From Candidatus Caenarcanales bacterium (GTDB lineage Bacteria; Cyanobacteriota; Vampirovibrionia; LMEP-6097), in contig JABSOS010000005.1 in the NCBI GenBank assembly GCA_013216135.1, forward strand, positions 140,682 to 204,681: DNA of 64,000 nt. The letters are read 5' to 3'. The position numbers were made by a program, and so were the translations under genes. Below the pieces are notes generated by a model, which did no database searches, was not told the DNA's origin, and worked only from the letters and a program-made list of their open reading frames with translations. Shown here one piece after another: positions 19,741-30,503 of this stretch. Position 1 is the stretch's first letter, and every line of letters begins with the position of its first letter.

Positions 19741-21648
19741 ATGTGTGGAATCGTCTCTTATGTAGGTTCTGAGCCTAAAGCTGCTAGGTTACTTCTTCAA
19801 GGTCTAAAAAGTCTTGAGTATAGAGGTTATGATTCCTCTGGCATTGCTTTATTAAATGATTCAGTTAAAGTTTATAAGAATAAAGGTAAGATTTTAGATC
19901 TTGAGAAGAATATTTATTCTTTATCAGAGCAGGAGCAGAGTGAAGTCGAGCAAAGCATTTGTGGGATTGGTCATACACGTTGGGCTACTCATGGTGAGCC
20001 TAATGATGTAAATGCTCATCCTCACCTAGACAGTGATGCATCTTTGGCTATAGTCCATAATGGAATTATTCGTAATTACCAAAGCCTCAGATCAGAATTG
20101 GAGACTAAAGGCTTTGTCTTCAAGAGTGATACCGATACTGAAGTTATCGCTAATATGTTTTCTTCAATAAGAAAAGAGTTATTGAGTATTAATGCTTACG
20201 AGGATTTTAAAGCTTTGCGCGAGCTGAGTTCTCGTCTGGAAGGTAGTTATGCACTAGCAATAATAATTAATGACTCTAATTTAAATGACGTCACTAAGCC
20301 TGTGAAAAGAATTTTACTTGCTAAAAATGAGTCTCCACTTGTAATTGGAATTGGTGATCAAGAAAACTTTGCAGCTAGTGACAGTGACACTGTTTTACAG
20401 TTCACAGATAAAATTGTGCGCTTAGCTGATAAAGAACTTGCTGTTATCAGTAAAAATACTATTGAGATCCAAGACTTTGATGGTAATGAGATTAAACCTA
20501 TTATTGAAGTACTGAAGCAGAATGATTCTATTATGGATAAAAAAGGTTATAAACATTTCTTACTTAAAGAGATTTATGAGCAGCCTACTGTTTTATCTAA
20601 AATGCTCTCATTGATTGAAGATCAATCATTTACTAATTTCAAATTAATGGATTTTCAAATTGATTTTACCAATATAGAGAAGGTTTATTGCATAGCTTGT
20701 GGCTCGGCTTATCATTCAGCTCAAGTTCTCAAATCGATACTCGGTACTTGGGCAGCAATTCCTGTGGAAGTGATTATCGCTAGTGAGTTTAATTACCAGG
20801 TGAATTTTTTGTCTGAGAAAGATTTGGTTGTAGGAATCAGTCAGTCTGGGGAAACAGCTGATACTATACTTGCTCTTCAGAGAGCTAAGAAAACAGGTGC
20901 AAACTTGCTAGCTATCACTAATAGACCAGCTTCTGCAATTAATAACTTATGTGGAGTTAATACTTATATCACCCCTGCTGATATTGAGATTTCTGTAGCT
21001 TCTACGAAAGCTTATACTTCACAAATTCTTGCTCATTATCTTTTAGCCTTACAGATTGCAGTTGCTAGAAAAGCTCTTGCTGAAGAGTTCTTTAACGAGA
21101 TTTTACATAATTTGAAAATGCTACCAGTACTTATAGAGCAGACTTTACACCGTGCAAATGCTTATAAAGAGCAAAGTTTAAACTACGCTAACTATAAAGA
21201 TTTTATATTTTTGAGTCGTGGAATTAACCATGTGACAGCGATGGAAGGAGCACTTAAATTAAAAGAGCTAAGCTATGCGCATGCTACAGCTTATCCTAGT
21301 GGTGAATTGAAACATGGTCCTATAGCGATTCTTGATGAAAATGTTCCAGTGATAAGCATCTCGATTCCTAGTAAGTATGAGGATGAGCAAGTTACAGCTG
21401 AGAAGGTGATTCACAACGCTCTAGAAGCTAAGACAAGAAAGGCTCCAAGTATTTTACTCACTACAGATTCTAACCAAGATCATGTAAGTGAATTTGATTT
21501 AGTTGTACGTATTCCTGATATAGACCAGGTCTTTAGTCCGATACTCGCTACTATTCCACTTCAATTCTGGGCTTATTATATTGCTGAAGATTTAGGTAAG
21601 GATGTTGATCAGCCACGTAATCTTGCTAAGTCGGTTACCGTGGAGTAA
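19741..21648 (+). CDS. glmS: Glutamine--fructose-6-phosphate aminotransferase
   Basis: MCGIVSYVG N-terminal nucleophile and two SIS domains; ends ...VTVE. Confidence 0.92.
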   Translation: MCGIVSYVGSEPKAARLLLQGLKSLEYRGYDSSGIALLNDSVKVYKNKGKILDLEKNIYSLSEQEQSEVEQSICGIGHTRWATHGEPNDVNAHPHLDSDASLAIVHNGIIRNYQSLRSELETKGFVFKSDTDTEVIANMFSSIRKELLSINAYEDFKALRELSSRLEGSYALAIIINDSNLNDVTKPVKRILLAKNESPLVIGIGDQENFAASDSDTVLQFTDKIVRLADKELAVISKNTIEIQDFDGNEIKPIIEVLKQNDSIMDKKGYKHFLLKEIYEQPTVLSKMLSLIEDQSFTNFKLMDFQIDFTNIEKVYCIACGSAYHSAQVLKSILGTWAAIPVEVIIASEFNYQVNFLSEKDLVVGISQSGETADTILALQRAKKTGANLLAITNRPASAINNLCGVNTYITPADIEISVASTKAYTSQILAHYLLALQIAVARKALAEEFFNEILHNLKMLPVLIEQTLHRANAYKEQSLNYANYKDFIFLSRGINHVTAMEGALKLKELSYAHATAYPSGELKHGPIAILDENVPVISISIPSKYEDEQVTAEKVIHNALEAKTRKAPSILLTTDSNQDHVSEFDLVVRIPDIDQVFSPILATIPLQFWAYYIAEDLGKDVDQPRNLAKSVTVE

Positions 21649-21697
21649 TTTATAATAATATATGTATTAATAAATTCGTGGTAAGATAATAATCACA

Positions 21698-22963
21698 ATG
21701 GTTGCAAATCCACTTTCAGAAAGATCAGTTGAGAATATATGGAGTAAATATAAATATTCAAATAAGAATTTACTTGAATATAATCCTGATCAATTTAGTA
21801 GGGATAATCTTTTGTTTAAAATGGGTCAATCGTCAAATTCTAAGGCTAGACGTCTTGGGGTTGATATAGGTAAGCCTGAAGAAGTCCCAGGAAAAGAATC
21901 TGATTCATCAAATAGAGATTTACGTGTTAATGCTCTATTTGAACTTGCGTGCAAGAATGGTGAAACTTTTTTTTCGAATCCTTTGAACACTGACTATAAA
22001 CCATCTAAATATGAACAATATTTGGCTACTTACCTAAAATCAGGAATTCAAGCTGTGAAAGATTTGGTTGGAAAGGAAGGATACCCTAGGAATGAAGCTC
22101 CAATTATAACTGGTCTTAAAAAGCAAATTCAGAAGCTTATTCATAACTATTGTGAATATTTTGATCCAGCAGGTGAGGATGAGGGCTATGGTAAAATCTC
22201 CAAGATTGATGATCGTGGTATTAGAGTAGATAAAGGGGGAATTTTCTTTAATCCAGGTAAATATCATTATAGATCAACTTTACCTAAGGGGTTTATTTAT
22301 GATGAGAGTAATAGGGAATTTGTTTTAGAACTAATTGAAGATATTACTAAGAAATTTTTTCCTGATAAATTTGTAGGAGAAGATTTTCATGAAATAGAAG
22401 TTGAACATAAAGTTAATACTTCTCAAGCCGAATACCAGTCAAATCAAAATACTGTGCCTGTTGAAACAGATGTAAACAATGTAGATGATAATAAAACTAT
22501 TAATGAAACCCTACAAGCTCAAGAGAAAGTTATTGAACCCGAAAGTTTAGAGCAAGATGAGCACGAGGTTAAATTGAATAAGTTACTAGAATTAATGAAA
22601 ATAAGGAATAATCAAAGTCATTTTGGTTTGCTTAATACATCTGCTGGCTCAAAAAGCAGTTTAGAAGAATATTTAAAACAACATGGTCTTGAACCATGGA
22701 CTGTAATCGATGGTTATAAAGCCTATGAGAATACAAATATGAATTTTATAAACCGCAAGGTTGAGCTGGCTACCAAGAAAAGTGACGCAAAGGATCTAAT
22801 AGAAAAGATTACTAAAGCATACTCTCGCATTTTCTCAAATGATGAAGCTAAATTGAATAAGCTTAAGGACTATCAGTTTGGTTTTTACCGTGACCATCAG
22901 TGGAATAAACCTGATGCAGTAATTGACTTACTTCAAGATCTTGCAGATGCATTACTAAAGTAA
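21698..22963 (+). CDS. Hypothetical protein (421 aa)
   Basis: Long ORF with no signal peptide and no recognisable motif. Confidence 0.5.
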   Translation: MVANPLSERSVENIWSKYKYSNKNLLEYNPDQFSRDNLLFKMGQSSNSKARRLGVDIGKPEEVPGKESDSSNRDLRVNALFELACKNGETFFSNPLNTDYKPSKYEQYLATYLKSGIQAVKDLVGKEGYPRNEAPIITGLKKQIQKLIHNYCEYFDPAGEDEGYGKISKIDDRGIRVDKGGIFFNPGKYHYRSTLPKGFIYDESNREFVLELIEDITKKFFPDKFVGEDFHEIEVEHKVNTSQAEYQSNQNTVPVETDVNNVDDNKTINETLQAQEKVIEPESLEQDEHEVKLNKLLELMKIRNNQSHFGLLNTSAGSKSSLEEYLKQHGLEPWTVIDGYKAYENTNMNFINRKVELATKKSDAKDLIEKITKAYSRIFSNDEAKLNKLKDYQFGFYRDHQWNKPDAVIDLLQDLADALLK

Positions 22964-23704
22964 CTAATCTTTATAAACATCAGAAACAGTATTAAAACTA
23001 GACAAAGTATTCTTCAGCGCTTCAATCTGATTAGCTAAAGCATCCTTAATGCTATTAGGATTCTCTTCTTTATCTTTTTCAACGTCTCTAATTTGATTGT
23101 TGATATCTTTGATACCTTTTTTGATATCATCCTGTACTAAACCATATTCAATACTAGTTACAGTGTTCTTAACTGATTCTTCTAACTTTGCTTTATATTC
23201 AAGAGTTTCTTGTCTATTTAAATAAGCTATAGACTCATTTGCAAAGTCTTTAGTTAACTGAAGTGTATCTAAAAGTAATCTGCTAGCGTATTTCGTAATG
23301 TACGAGACTTGTGAGTTATGACCATGTTTAGTAGGGTTGCTTAAAATGTGAAATTGAGTGATCTCTAAAACCTGTCCACCACCACCTTCTACATCAGTAA
23401 TGATTCTTGCTTGAATATCATTTTTATCTAGTACTATACCTTTTTGAGTGATTAAACCTTCAATGGCGACTTGATCAGTATTTGCGATAGGAAAGATTTT
23501 TAACACTTTACCGATTTTCGCTCCACCTAAATAGACTGGTGCACCACGACTAAGTCCAGAAATATTATCAACACTAATCGCAAATTTTCTTTTATCTTCT
23601 CTGTGGCTAAAGAGATTCCACATAAAATATACAAGAGCAATTATTAGCAAAAATGAAACTACTTTTTGAATAAAAAATCTAAGTATTCCCCACAGTAATT
23701 GCAT
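22964..23704 (-). CDS. MCE/MlaD-family membrane-anchored protein
   Basis: N-terminal TM helix followed by an MCE-like segment (ISGLSRGAPVYLGGAKIGKVLKI...). Confidence 0.6.
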   Translation of the reverse strand: MQLLWGILRFFIQKVVSFLLIIALVYFMWNLFSHREDKRKFAISVDNISGLSRGAPVYLGGAKIGKVLKIFPIANTDQVAIEGLITQKGIVLDKNDIQARIITDVEGGGGQVLEITQFHILSNPTKHGHNSQVSYITKYASRLLLDTLQLTKDFANESIAYLNRQETLEYKAKLEESVKNTVTSIEYGLVQDDIKKGIKDINNQIRDVEKDKEENPNSIKDALANQIEALKNTLSSFNTVSDVYKD

Positions 23705-23761
23705 TTTGTTTTTAACCTCTTTAGCCTATTTTACAGAAGAACTGTTTTTAGTCAATTTTTT

Positions 23762-25705
23762 CTAGTCAACTTGGCTAGCTTTGAATTCAGCATCAATTAC
23801 ATCGTCATCATCATTAGCAGATGAACTAGATGATGTCTGTTCTTCACTAGGACCAGCAGAAGCACCTGCTGCTGCATCGTCTTGAGCAAATGGAGCCATA
23901 GCTTTATTAAGTTCCATCATCGCATTTTGGATATCAACTGATTTTTGAGTTAAATCTTCAAGAGGTGATTTGTTCTTAACAGCATCGCGTAATTGATTAG
24001 CAACGTCTTCTAATTTATCAGCTTCATTTTTAACTTTGTCAGCAAATGGTTTATCTTTTAATTCACTTAAAAGTTTCTCAGCACCGTAAACATTGCTGTC
24101 AGCTTTATTTAACTCATCAGCATATTTTTTGAACTCTTCGTCTTCTTTCTTTCTAGCTTCAGCTTCTTCAACCATTCTGTCGATATCAGAATCTGAAAGA
24201 TTAGTCGTAGCTGTAATAGAGATTTTCTGCTCTTTACCAGAGTTAGTATCCTTAGCTGAAACATTTAAAATACCGTTTGCATCGATATCAAAAGTTACCT
24301 CAATCTTAGGCATACCTCTAGGCGCGCTAGGAATATCATCTAATCTGAAGTCACCTAATAATTTGTTCTCAGAAGCTCTAGATCTTTCTCCCTGATAGAC
24401 TTTGATATCTACACTTGTTTGGTTATCTTCTGCTGTACTGAAAGTCTCAGACTTCTTAGTAGGAATAGTCGTGTTTCTTTCGATAAGTTTAGTCATTACA
24501 CCACCTAAAGTTTCAATACCTAAACTAAGTGGAGTTACGTCTAAAAGAACTACGTCTTTAACATCACCAGCTAGAACACCACCTTGGATAGCTGCACCCA
24601 TAGCAACAACTTCATCAGGGTTAACACCTTGGTTAGGTTCCTTACCTGTAATATCTTTAACGATCTTCTTAACAGCAGGGATTCTAGTAGAACCACCAAC
24701 TAAAACAACTTCGTCTATCTCAGAGATGTTAACGTCAGCGTCTTTGATTGCTTGGTTAAGAGGACCTTTTAATTTATCAAATAGTTTGTCACAAAGTGTT
24801 TCAAACTTAGATCTAGAAATAGAAGTTTCTAAGTGTTTAGGACCAGAAGCGTCAGCTGTAATAAATGGAAGGCTAACAGTACTTTCACTTAAAGTAGAAA
24901 GTTCAATCTTAACTTTCTCTGCTGCTTCAGTAAGTCTTTGTAATGCTTGAGAATCTTGCTTAAGATCAATACCATTACTATTTTTAAAGTCTTCAGCGAT
25001 GTAATCTACGATTACTGTATCAAAGTCATCACCACCGAGTCTAGAATCACCAGCTGTAGCTTTAACTTCAAATACGCCGTCACCTAATTCAAGAATACTA
25101 ACGTCAAAAGTACCACCACCTAAGTCAAATACTAAGATAGTAGAATCATCTTTTTTATCTAAACCATAAGCAAGCGCTGCTGCTGTAGGCTCATTGATAA
25201 TTCTAAGAACTTCAAGCCCAGCAATTTTACCAGCATCTTTCGTAGCTTGTCTTTGAGAGTCATTAAAGTAAGCAGGTACAGTAATTACTGCATGGTTAAC
25301 GCTTTGACCTAAGTAAGATTCAGCATCTTCTTTTAATTTTCTAAGAACTTCAGCAGAAATTTCTTGAGGTGTGTAGTCTTTACCAGCTACTTTAATATCT
25401 ACTGAATTATTTTTTCCTTTAATAGTTTCGTAAGGAAGTGCCTCTAAAACATCAGCAACTTCATCCCAGCTATGTCCGATTAAACGTTTAGCACTGAAAA
25501 TAGTTTCGGTAGGCTTCATTACACGACCACGCTTTGCAATCTGCCCTACTGTAATAGTGTCTCCGAAAGCTACTACTGAAGGAGTAGTTCTTGCACCCTC
25601 TGAGTTAGGGATTACAGTCCCCTGTCCACCTTCCATAACTGCTACACAAGAGTTAGTGGTACCTAAGTCAATTCCTAATACTTTTCCGTCTATTTTATTA
25701 CCCAT
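23762..25705 (-). CDS. dnaK: Chaperone Hsp70
   Basis: [21 protein letters not shown] and a typical C-terminal acidic tail. Start placed at the internal [15 protein letters not shown] (the track ORF begins 13 codons earlier). Confidence 0.92.
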   Translation of the reverse strand: MGNKIDGKVLGIDLGTTNSCVAVMEGGQGTVIPNSEGARTTPSVVAFGDTITVGQIAKRGRVMKPTETIFSAKRLIGHSWDEVADVLEALPYETIKGKNNSVDIKVAGKDYTPQEISAEVLRKLKEDAESYLGQSVNHAVITVPAYFNDSQRQATKDAGKIAGLEVLRIINEPTAAALAYGLDKKDDSTILVFDLGGGTFDVSILELGDGVFEVKATAGDSRLGGDDFDTVIVDYIAEDFKNSNGIDLKQDSQALQRLTEAAEKVKIELSTLSESTVSLPFITADASGPKHLETSISRSKFETLCDKLFDKLKGPLNQAIKDADVNISEIDEVVLVGGSTRIPAVKKIVKDITGKEPNQGVNPDEVVAMGAAIQGGVLAGDVKDVVLLDVTPLSLGIETLGGVMTKLIERNTTIPTKKSETFSTAEDNQTSVDIKVYQGERSRASENKLLGDFRLDDIPSAPRGMPKIEVTFDIDANGILNVSAKDTNSGKEQKISITATTNLSDSDIDRMVEEAEARKKEDEEFKKYADELNKADSNVYGAEKLLSELKDKPFADKVKNEADKLEDVANQLRDAVKNKSPLEDLTQKSVDIQNAMMELNKAMAPFAQDDAAAGASAGPSEEQTSSSSSANDDDDVIDAEFKASQVD

Positions 25706-25795
25706 AGCGAAAATTATTATATCAAAACTAATTTTTAGATTCACAGCTTATGTGAATTGCGAAAAAAAATAATTATTTGTTAATATGGGTTATTA

Positions 25796-26146
25796 ATGCA
25801 AAAAGAAAAAAGAGTTAATAACATTATCGTTGTCGGCAGAGCTGGCCGTGACCCTGAGATCAGATACTTTGAGTCTGGTTCATGTGTAGCTGATTTTTCT
25901 TTAGCAGTTAATCGTCCTACTAAGAACAAAGAAACTGATTGGTTCAATATTAAAATATGGGGACGCCAAGCTGAAATCGCTGGTGAGTATGTAAAGAAAG
26001 GTTCTTTAATCGCTATTGAAGGTGAGATTGATTTTGAAACTTGGACCGATAAAAATTCAGGTGCTGAGCAGAAGAAGTCTGTTATTAGCGCTTCTAATCT
26101 TCGTCTTCTAGGTGGCAAAGCTGAGAATCAGGCTGCTGGGTTTTAA
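25796..26146 (+). CDS. ssb: Single-stranded DNA-binding protein (short, no acidic tail)
   Basis: OB-fold core (VGRAGRDPEIRYFESGSCVADFSLAVNR...WFNIKIWGRQAE). Ends ...GGKAENQAAGF with no DDDIPF-like tip. Confidence 0.8.
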   Translation: MQKEKRVNNIIVVGRAGRDPEIRYFESGSCVADFSLAVNRPTKNKETDWFNIKIWGRQAEIAGEYVKKGSLIAIEGEIDFETWTDKNSGAEQKKSVISASNLRLLGGKAENQAAGF

Positions 26147-26196
26147 GACCTTTTTACTGGAAAAGTAGTTGCGCCGTTATCTTTGCAAAAGGTTTT

Positions 26197-27642
26197 TTAG
26201 AAGAGTTTAAAAAACTTATTAAATATTCCCCCTTTCGAAGGTTCATTGTAGGTACTTTTGTTTTCACGAACAATTTTTGTTAAGGATTCGCTTATTGCAT
26301 CTTCAAGTATTGCAAATATAGCTGTGTCTTTATTTGCAGAGTTATATTTACTTTTCAGGGTTTTCTCAAATAAACCCCACTGAATATCAGAGTTTTCTTT
26401 TGTTAGTATTTCATTTGCATCAATTTCTTTAGATCCTACTCTGATAGCTGGTATAGCCTGAAATAAGTTCTTATAAAGATTTTGTAGTTTATTTGCATAT
26501 GGTGTGTCCTGTCTTCTGGATTGTATGTTTGTAGAAAATTTTTGACCAGAATCGTCAGAGTGTTCTACTGGTATGACTACTGAATTTTCGTCTTTATTAA
26601 GATTGTTTAGTATTGGGATAGTATCCTCATGGGCAGCTCCGTGAATATAAATAATTACGCTTTCTGGTGACTTATTTTTTAATGATGAAATATCAGCTAC
26701 TTGCAGCAGATTCCTGTGCTTTAAGGTATATACATGTCTTTGATAACTTTCAATATGTGATTGATTTAAGCTAGTAATTAAATCTTGGAGGTTTATGTCT
26801 TTTTTGGTTTTTTTAGATAGATTTTGTAAGCTCATACTATTAAATTTAGAATCGACAAGAGGATGCGGTGCTTTTAAATATGTAGATGCTTTATCAATAT
26901 AGGAAATATCTATGTTGGTTCCCTGTAGTCGTTTTTTTTCAACATTTTTAATAATTCCAGCGACAAAATTAATTATTTTAATATCTATTTTAGAAATTTC
27001 TGCTAACTTATTTTCAGCATTTGTTTTTTCTTCACCCTCAAGTAAATTTAAATCAAGCTGAGCTTGAAGCTTACCAATTTTTTCAGCCACTTTTATGAAC
27101 TTATCATTTTCAGGATTATTAATCATTTCAAGCGCTAAAATGATTTTCTTGTCAGGATTTTCTTCACATGTAGTATCTATAATTTCGTTGATTTGCCTTA
27201 AATAATTAACATCATGAAGATGCGGTATTGCAATCAAATCTTTATCTTTAATAGCTAATTTGATTTCTTCTTTCAAATCAGAGTAAGGATCTTTTAGACT
27301 ATTTATTGATTCACTTTCATCTAACATATCTAAGATAAAGTTAGGCAAAGCATAACCTCCAAATCTTTGGGGGAATGTGTCATTTAGATCTGGGTGACCA
27401 ACGCGGTTTAAATATCTTATTTTTTCTTCTTGAGGATCGTTTTTATTAGCTGTATTAATATAAGCAAAATCTAAAGGAGTGATTTTGTTTGTGTGCAACA
27501 GGTTAAGGTAATATTTGCTTTGAGTATTTTTTGACCCAGAGAAGTTTTCAGGCTTAAAAGTTTGTTCTTCTATATTACCTTTTCTATTTAATTTTTGGTT
27601 CTCTGTAAGAGTTGATTGTTGTTTTATTTCAATTTTAGACAT
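26197..27642 (-). CDS. Hypothetical protein (481 aa)
   Basis: Long AT-rich ORF. No signal peptide and no recognisable motif. Confidence 0.5.
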   Translation of the reverse strand: MSKIEIKQQSTLTENQKLNRKGNIEEQTFKPENFSGSKNTQSKYYLNLLHTNKITPLDFAYINTANKNDPQEEKIRYLNRVGHPDLNDTFPQRFGGYALPNFILDMLDESESINSLKDPYSDLKEEIKLAIKDKDLIAIPHLHDVNYLRQINEIIDTTCEENPDKKIILALEMINNPENDKFIKVAEKIGKLQAQLDLNLLEGEEKTNAENKLAEISKIDIKIINFVAGIIKNVEKKRLQGTNIDISYIDKASTYLKAPHPLVDSKFNSMSLQNLSKKTKKDINLQDLITSLNQSHIESYQRHVYTLKHRNLLQVADISSLKNKSPESVIIYIHGAAHEDTIPILNNLNKDENSVVIPVEHSDDSGQKFSTNIQSRRQDTPYANKLQNLYKNLFQAIPAIRVGSKEIDANEILTKENSDIQWGLFEKTLKSKYNSANKDTAIFAILEDAISESLTKIVRENKSTYNEPSKGGIFNKFFKLF

Positions 27643-27976
27643 TATAAGAGTTCCTCAGCACAAGGTTCTTAAGATAATATCATGCCTCCTTGGAATATAT
27701 AAAGATAAATAAGCCTCTGATTTATAAAAATTAAGGTTACTTTAGTTAAATTAAGATTTATTATTGGACTTGGACTCTTTTTAAACCAAAATGTGACAGT
27801 GCACTATTTCCAACTTTGTAAGTAGACACAAGAAATAGAATAAGATAAACCCCTTATGAGAACCTTTCTCAAAAAGGTTTTTGGGGTTTTGCGCATAAAA
27901 TTATTCTTTGCAAAAAGCTAAAGATTACAATTCTGTAAATAAAAACAGAAAAGTTAAGAAATCTCCTATTTTTTTG

Positions 27977-28004
27977 TGGACATTTCGAAAGCTATTGGTA
28001 GAAT
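27977..28004 (+). promoter_or_regulatory. Candidate sigma70-type promoter of the cco operon
   Basis: TGGACA (27977-27982), 16-nt spacer, TAGAAT (27999-28004). AAGG SD at 28013-28016; ATG at 28021. Confidence 0.3.
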
Positions 28005-28020
28005 GTAGCTGTAAAGGTAT

Positions 28021-29418
28021 ATGATCCGAAGAATTTTTAGTAGTGAAGAGGGAAGTGCAGCGAAATTTTTCATGTTTTCGGCGATAGTTTGGCTTATTGT
28101 CGGTATGGGTGCTGGTCTTCTAGGTGCGTTAGAGTTTTCATTCCCGGACCTAACTAAGGGAGTTGCTCAACTTTCGTTTACGAGGTTGAGACCTGCGCAT
28201 GTGAATACAGTAGCTTTTGGTTGGCTGTCTATGGCTAATATTGGTGCGTGTTTATATATCATACCTGCACTATGTAAAACTAAGCTTTTCTCTGAGAAAT
28301 TGGCCAATTTTTCTTGTTATTTATGGAATATAGGTATTTTCGTAGGTATGCTTACCCTTCTAAATGGATACACGGAAGGAAGAGAGTACGCTGAATACAG
28401 AGAGCCTATAGATATTCTATTTGTTGTAGCTCTTGGTTCTGTTTCATATAATCTTTTTAGAACGCTTTTAAATAGAACAGTTAAAAAACTTTATGTTTCT
28501 GTTTGGTATATTATGGGTGCCTTTTTCTGGATGCCGATCATATTTATCGTAGGTAATAGAACTTTTGTTGCTATGGAAGGTTTAAACGACGGTATCCTTA
28601 ACTGGTTTTATGGACACAATATTTTAGGTATGTGGTTTACGGTACTAGGTGTAGGTATCGCTTATTATATGCTCCCTAAGATGAGTGGTAAGCCGATTTG
28701 GAGTCACAGTTTATCGATGTTCGGTTTCTGGACTATTGCATTTTTCTATGCACCTACTGGTACTCACCATTTGTTACAGTCACCAGTTCCTGAGTGGCTT
28801 AAAGCTCTTGCTGTAATTTTCTCAGCAGCATTAGTTATTCCTGTTATTTCAGTATTAGTTAACTTTTATATGACTATGAAGGGAAGTTGGTGGATGCTAA
28901 CTACTAATATGCCTATAAGATTTGTTCTTACAGGTGCGTTTTGGTATTTAGTAACTTGTTTACAAGGGCCATTCCAAGCTACTAGAGGTGTTAACTGGTA
29001 CATTCACTTTACTCAGTGGGTAGTTGGTCACGCACATGCAGCGTTATTAGGTACTTTTACTTTCTTTGTAATTGGTGCTATTTATTATGGTTTACAAAGA
29101 CTTACAGGCAAAAGAATCTATAGTGTTCGCTTAGTTAAGTGGCATTTCTGGTTACTACTCATAGGATTCTTCCTTTTCTTTGCTAGTTTAACTATTGGTG
29201 GTTTACAACAAGCTGTTGGTTGGGCTTTAGGTTACCCTGTCGCTCAGTGGGGCTTAGTACTTCCTCCTATGTGGCTTGTTAGAAGTATTGGTGGAGTTTT
29301 AATGTTCTTAAGTAGTTGTTTATTTGGATTTAATATCTATATGACTATGAGAGAGAAGCCTATTTCATCTGAGTTAGAAATTAAAGTTGCAGTTCCGATT
29401 GAAGGAGATTCTAAGTAA
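28021..29418 (+). CDS. ccoN: cbb3-type cytochrome c oxidase subunit I
   Basis: Twelve-helix protein with WFYGHN (helix VI), GTHHL (helix VII) and VVGHAHAALLG (helix X) His-ligand motifs. Confidence 0.8.
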   Translation: MIRRIFSSEEGSAAKFFMFSAIVWLIVGMGAGLLGALEFSFPDLTKGVAQLSFTRLRPAHVNTVAFGWLSMANIGACLYIIPALCKTKLFSEKLANFSCYLWNIGIFVGMLTLLNGYTEGREYAEYREPIDILFVVALGSVSYNLFRTLLNRTVKKLYVSVWYIMGAFFWMPIIFIVGNRTFVAMEGLNDGILNWFYGHNILGMWFTVLGVGIAYYMLPKMSGKPIWSHSLSMFGFWTIAFFYAPTGTHHLLQSPVPEWLKALAVIFSAALVIPVISVLVNFYMTMKGSWWMLTTNMPIRFVLTGAFWYLVTCLQGPFQATRGVNWYIHFTQWVVGHAHAALLGTFTFFVIGAIYYGLQRLTGKRIYSVRLVKWHFWLLLIGFFLFFASLTIGGLQQAVGWALGYPVAQWGLVLPPMWLVRSIGGVLMFLSSCLFGFNIYMTMREKPISSELEIKVAVPIEGDSK

Positions 29419-29420
29419 AA

Positions 29421-30503
29421 ATGTCAGAAGATAAGAATTCAAACGAAAATAAGTCAGTAGGTGCAAAAGGTTATATTCTTCCTGCTATAGTTGTTGCATT
29501 TTCATTTGCGATAATTTATACAGTTGTTGTTGCTATACCGAATTTACCTTCATTAAAGTCTGAGCCTAGTAAATATGCGATGGAGTATGTTGAGAAGGAA
29601 GCAGATGGAACTATAAAAAGAGATGAGCAAGGTTTACCTGTATTAAATGATGCTGGTAAAGGTAGAGCTATCTACGTTAGAGAAGGTTGTTTCTATTGTC
29701 ACTCTCAATTCGTAAGACCACAGGATAGAGACTTTGGTTCAAGAGTATTTGCTGGTGACTATGCTAACGAAACTCCTAACGTTTTAGGTACTTCTAGAAC
29801 TGGTCCTGATCTTTCTAACGAAGGTGGAAAATTACCTGACGAATGGCACGTAGGTCACTTAAAGAACCCTAGAGAATATAATCCTGGTTCGATAATGCCA
29901 TCATTTAGTTATTTACCTGATGAAGATTTAGGTTATCTGGTTTCTTACTTACAGACTTTAGGTAGAAAGAGAATGGATGATCCAGAGAATAGACATATCT
30001 ATGAAGCTTATTACCCTGAAGCTGATGAAGCTTTCTGGCACGCTTCCGAGCATCATAAACCTAATGTTGATAGTGCAGCTGCGGCTAATGCTGGAGCGGG
30101 TATCTTTAGACAGAACTGTGCAGTGTGCCACGGTCTGAATGGTTTAGGTAACGGTCCTAACGCTTTAGCTATGGCTAAAAAACCTGCTAATTTCTCAAGA
30201 CCTTACTATAAAGCTTATTCTGATAAGACTTGGTATTGGAGAGTTGCTGAAGGTGTTCCTGGAACAAGAATGCCTAGATGGAAACTTAAGCTAGAGCCTG
30301 AACAGATGTGGTATCTAGTAGCTTTCCTTAAGACATTACCTCAGGATAAATCACCTATCATTGAACCTTATCAGACTATTGATTCTGAAGCTTGGCAGTC
30401 ACAATCTGCTTTACCTGAAAGAATTACTGATAATTATGAAAAGTTAGCTAAGAATAAGAAAAAAGGTGGTAAATCATCTAAGGGAGGACACGGTGGACAC
30501 TAA
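29421..30503 (+). CDS. ccoO: cbb3 oxidase subunit II (CcoO/FixO-like) with an additional C-terminal mono-haem cytochrome c domain and a Lys/Gly/His-rich tail
   Basis: N-terminal TM, FixO-like GCFYCHSQFVRP (CxxCH no. 1), a second CAVCHGLNG (CxxCH no. 2), and a tail KKKGGKSSKGGHGGH. Confidence 0.75.
   Translation: MSEDKNSNENKSVGAKGYILPAIVVAFSFAIIYTVVVAIPNLPSLKSEPSKYAMEYVEKEADGTIKRDEQGLPVLNDAGKGRAIYVREGCFYCHSQFVRPQDRDFGSRVFAGDYANETPNVLGTSRTGPDLSNEGGKLPDEWHVGHLKNPREYNPGSIMPSFSYLPDEDLGYLVSYLQTLGRKRMDDPENRHIYEAYYPEADEAFWHASEHHKPNVDSAAAANAGAGIFRQNCAVCHGLNGLGNGPNALAMAKKPANFSRPYYKAYSDKTWYWRVAEGVPGTRMPRWKLKLEPEQMWYLVAFLKTLPQDKSPIIEPYQTIDSEAWQSQSALPERITDNYEKLAKNKKKGGKSSKGGHGGH

Noticed and set aside
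24093-24950. Antisense ORFs 24093-24395, 24402-24950 and 25557-25772 within dnaK
   Set aside because: dnaK on the opposite strand is unambiguous. These are low-complexity S/L/A-rich products.
25780-26118. ORF on the minus strand overlapping ssb
   Set aside because: It completely overlaps a well-supported ssb, and has no RBS or motif.
26147-26200. Possible terminator between convergent ssb and 26197-27642
   Set aside because: CTTTG-c-AAAAG is only a 5-bp AT stem. It is not distinguishable from background in this AT-rich genome.
27760-27790. CRP/FNR-like site (TGTGAcagtgcACTAT) upstream of ccoN
   Set aside because: Only one half-site matches the TGTGA-N6-TCACA / TTGAT-N4-ATCAA consensus. No convincing FNR box was found, although one might be expected for a cbb3 operon.
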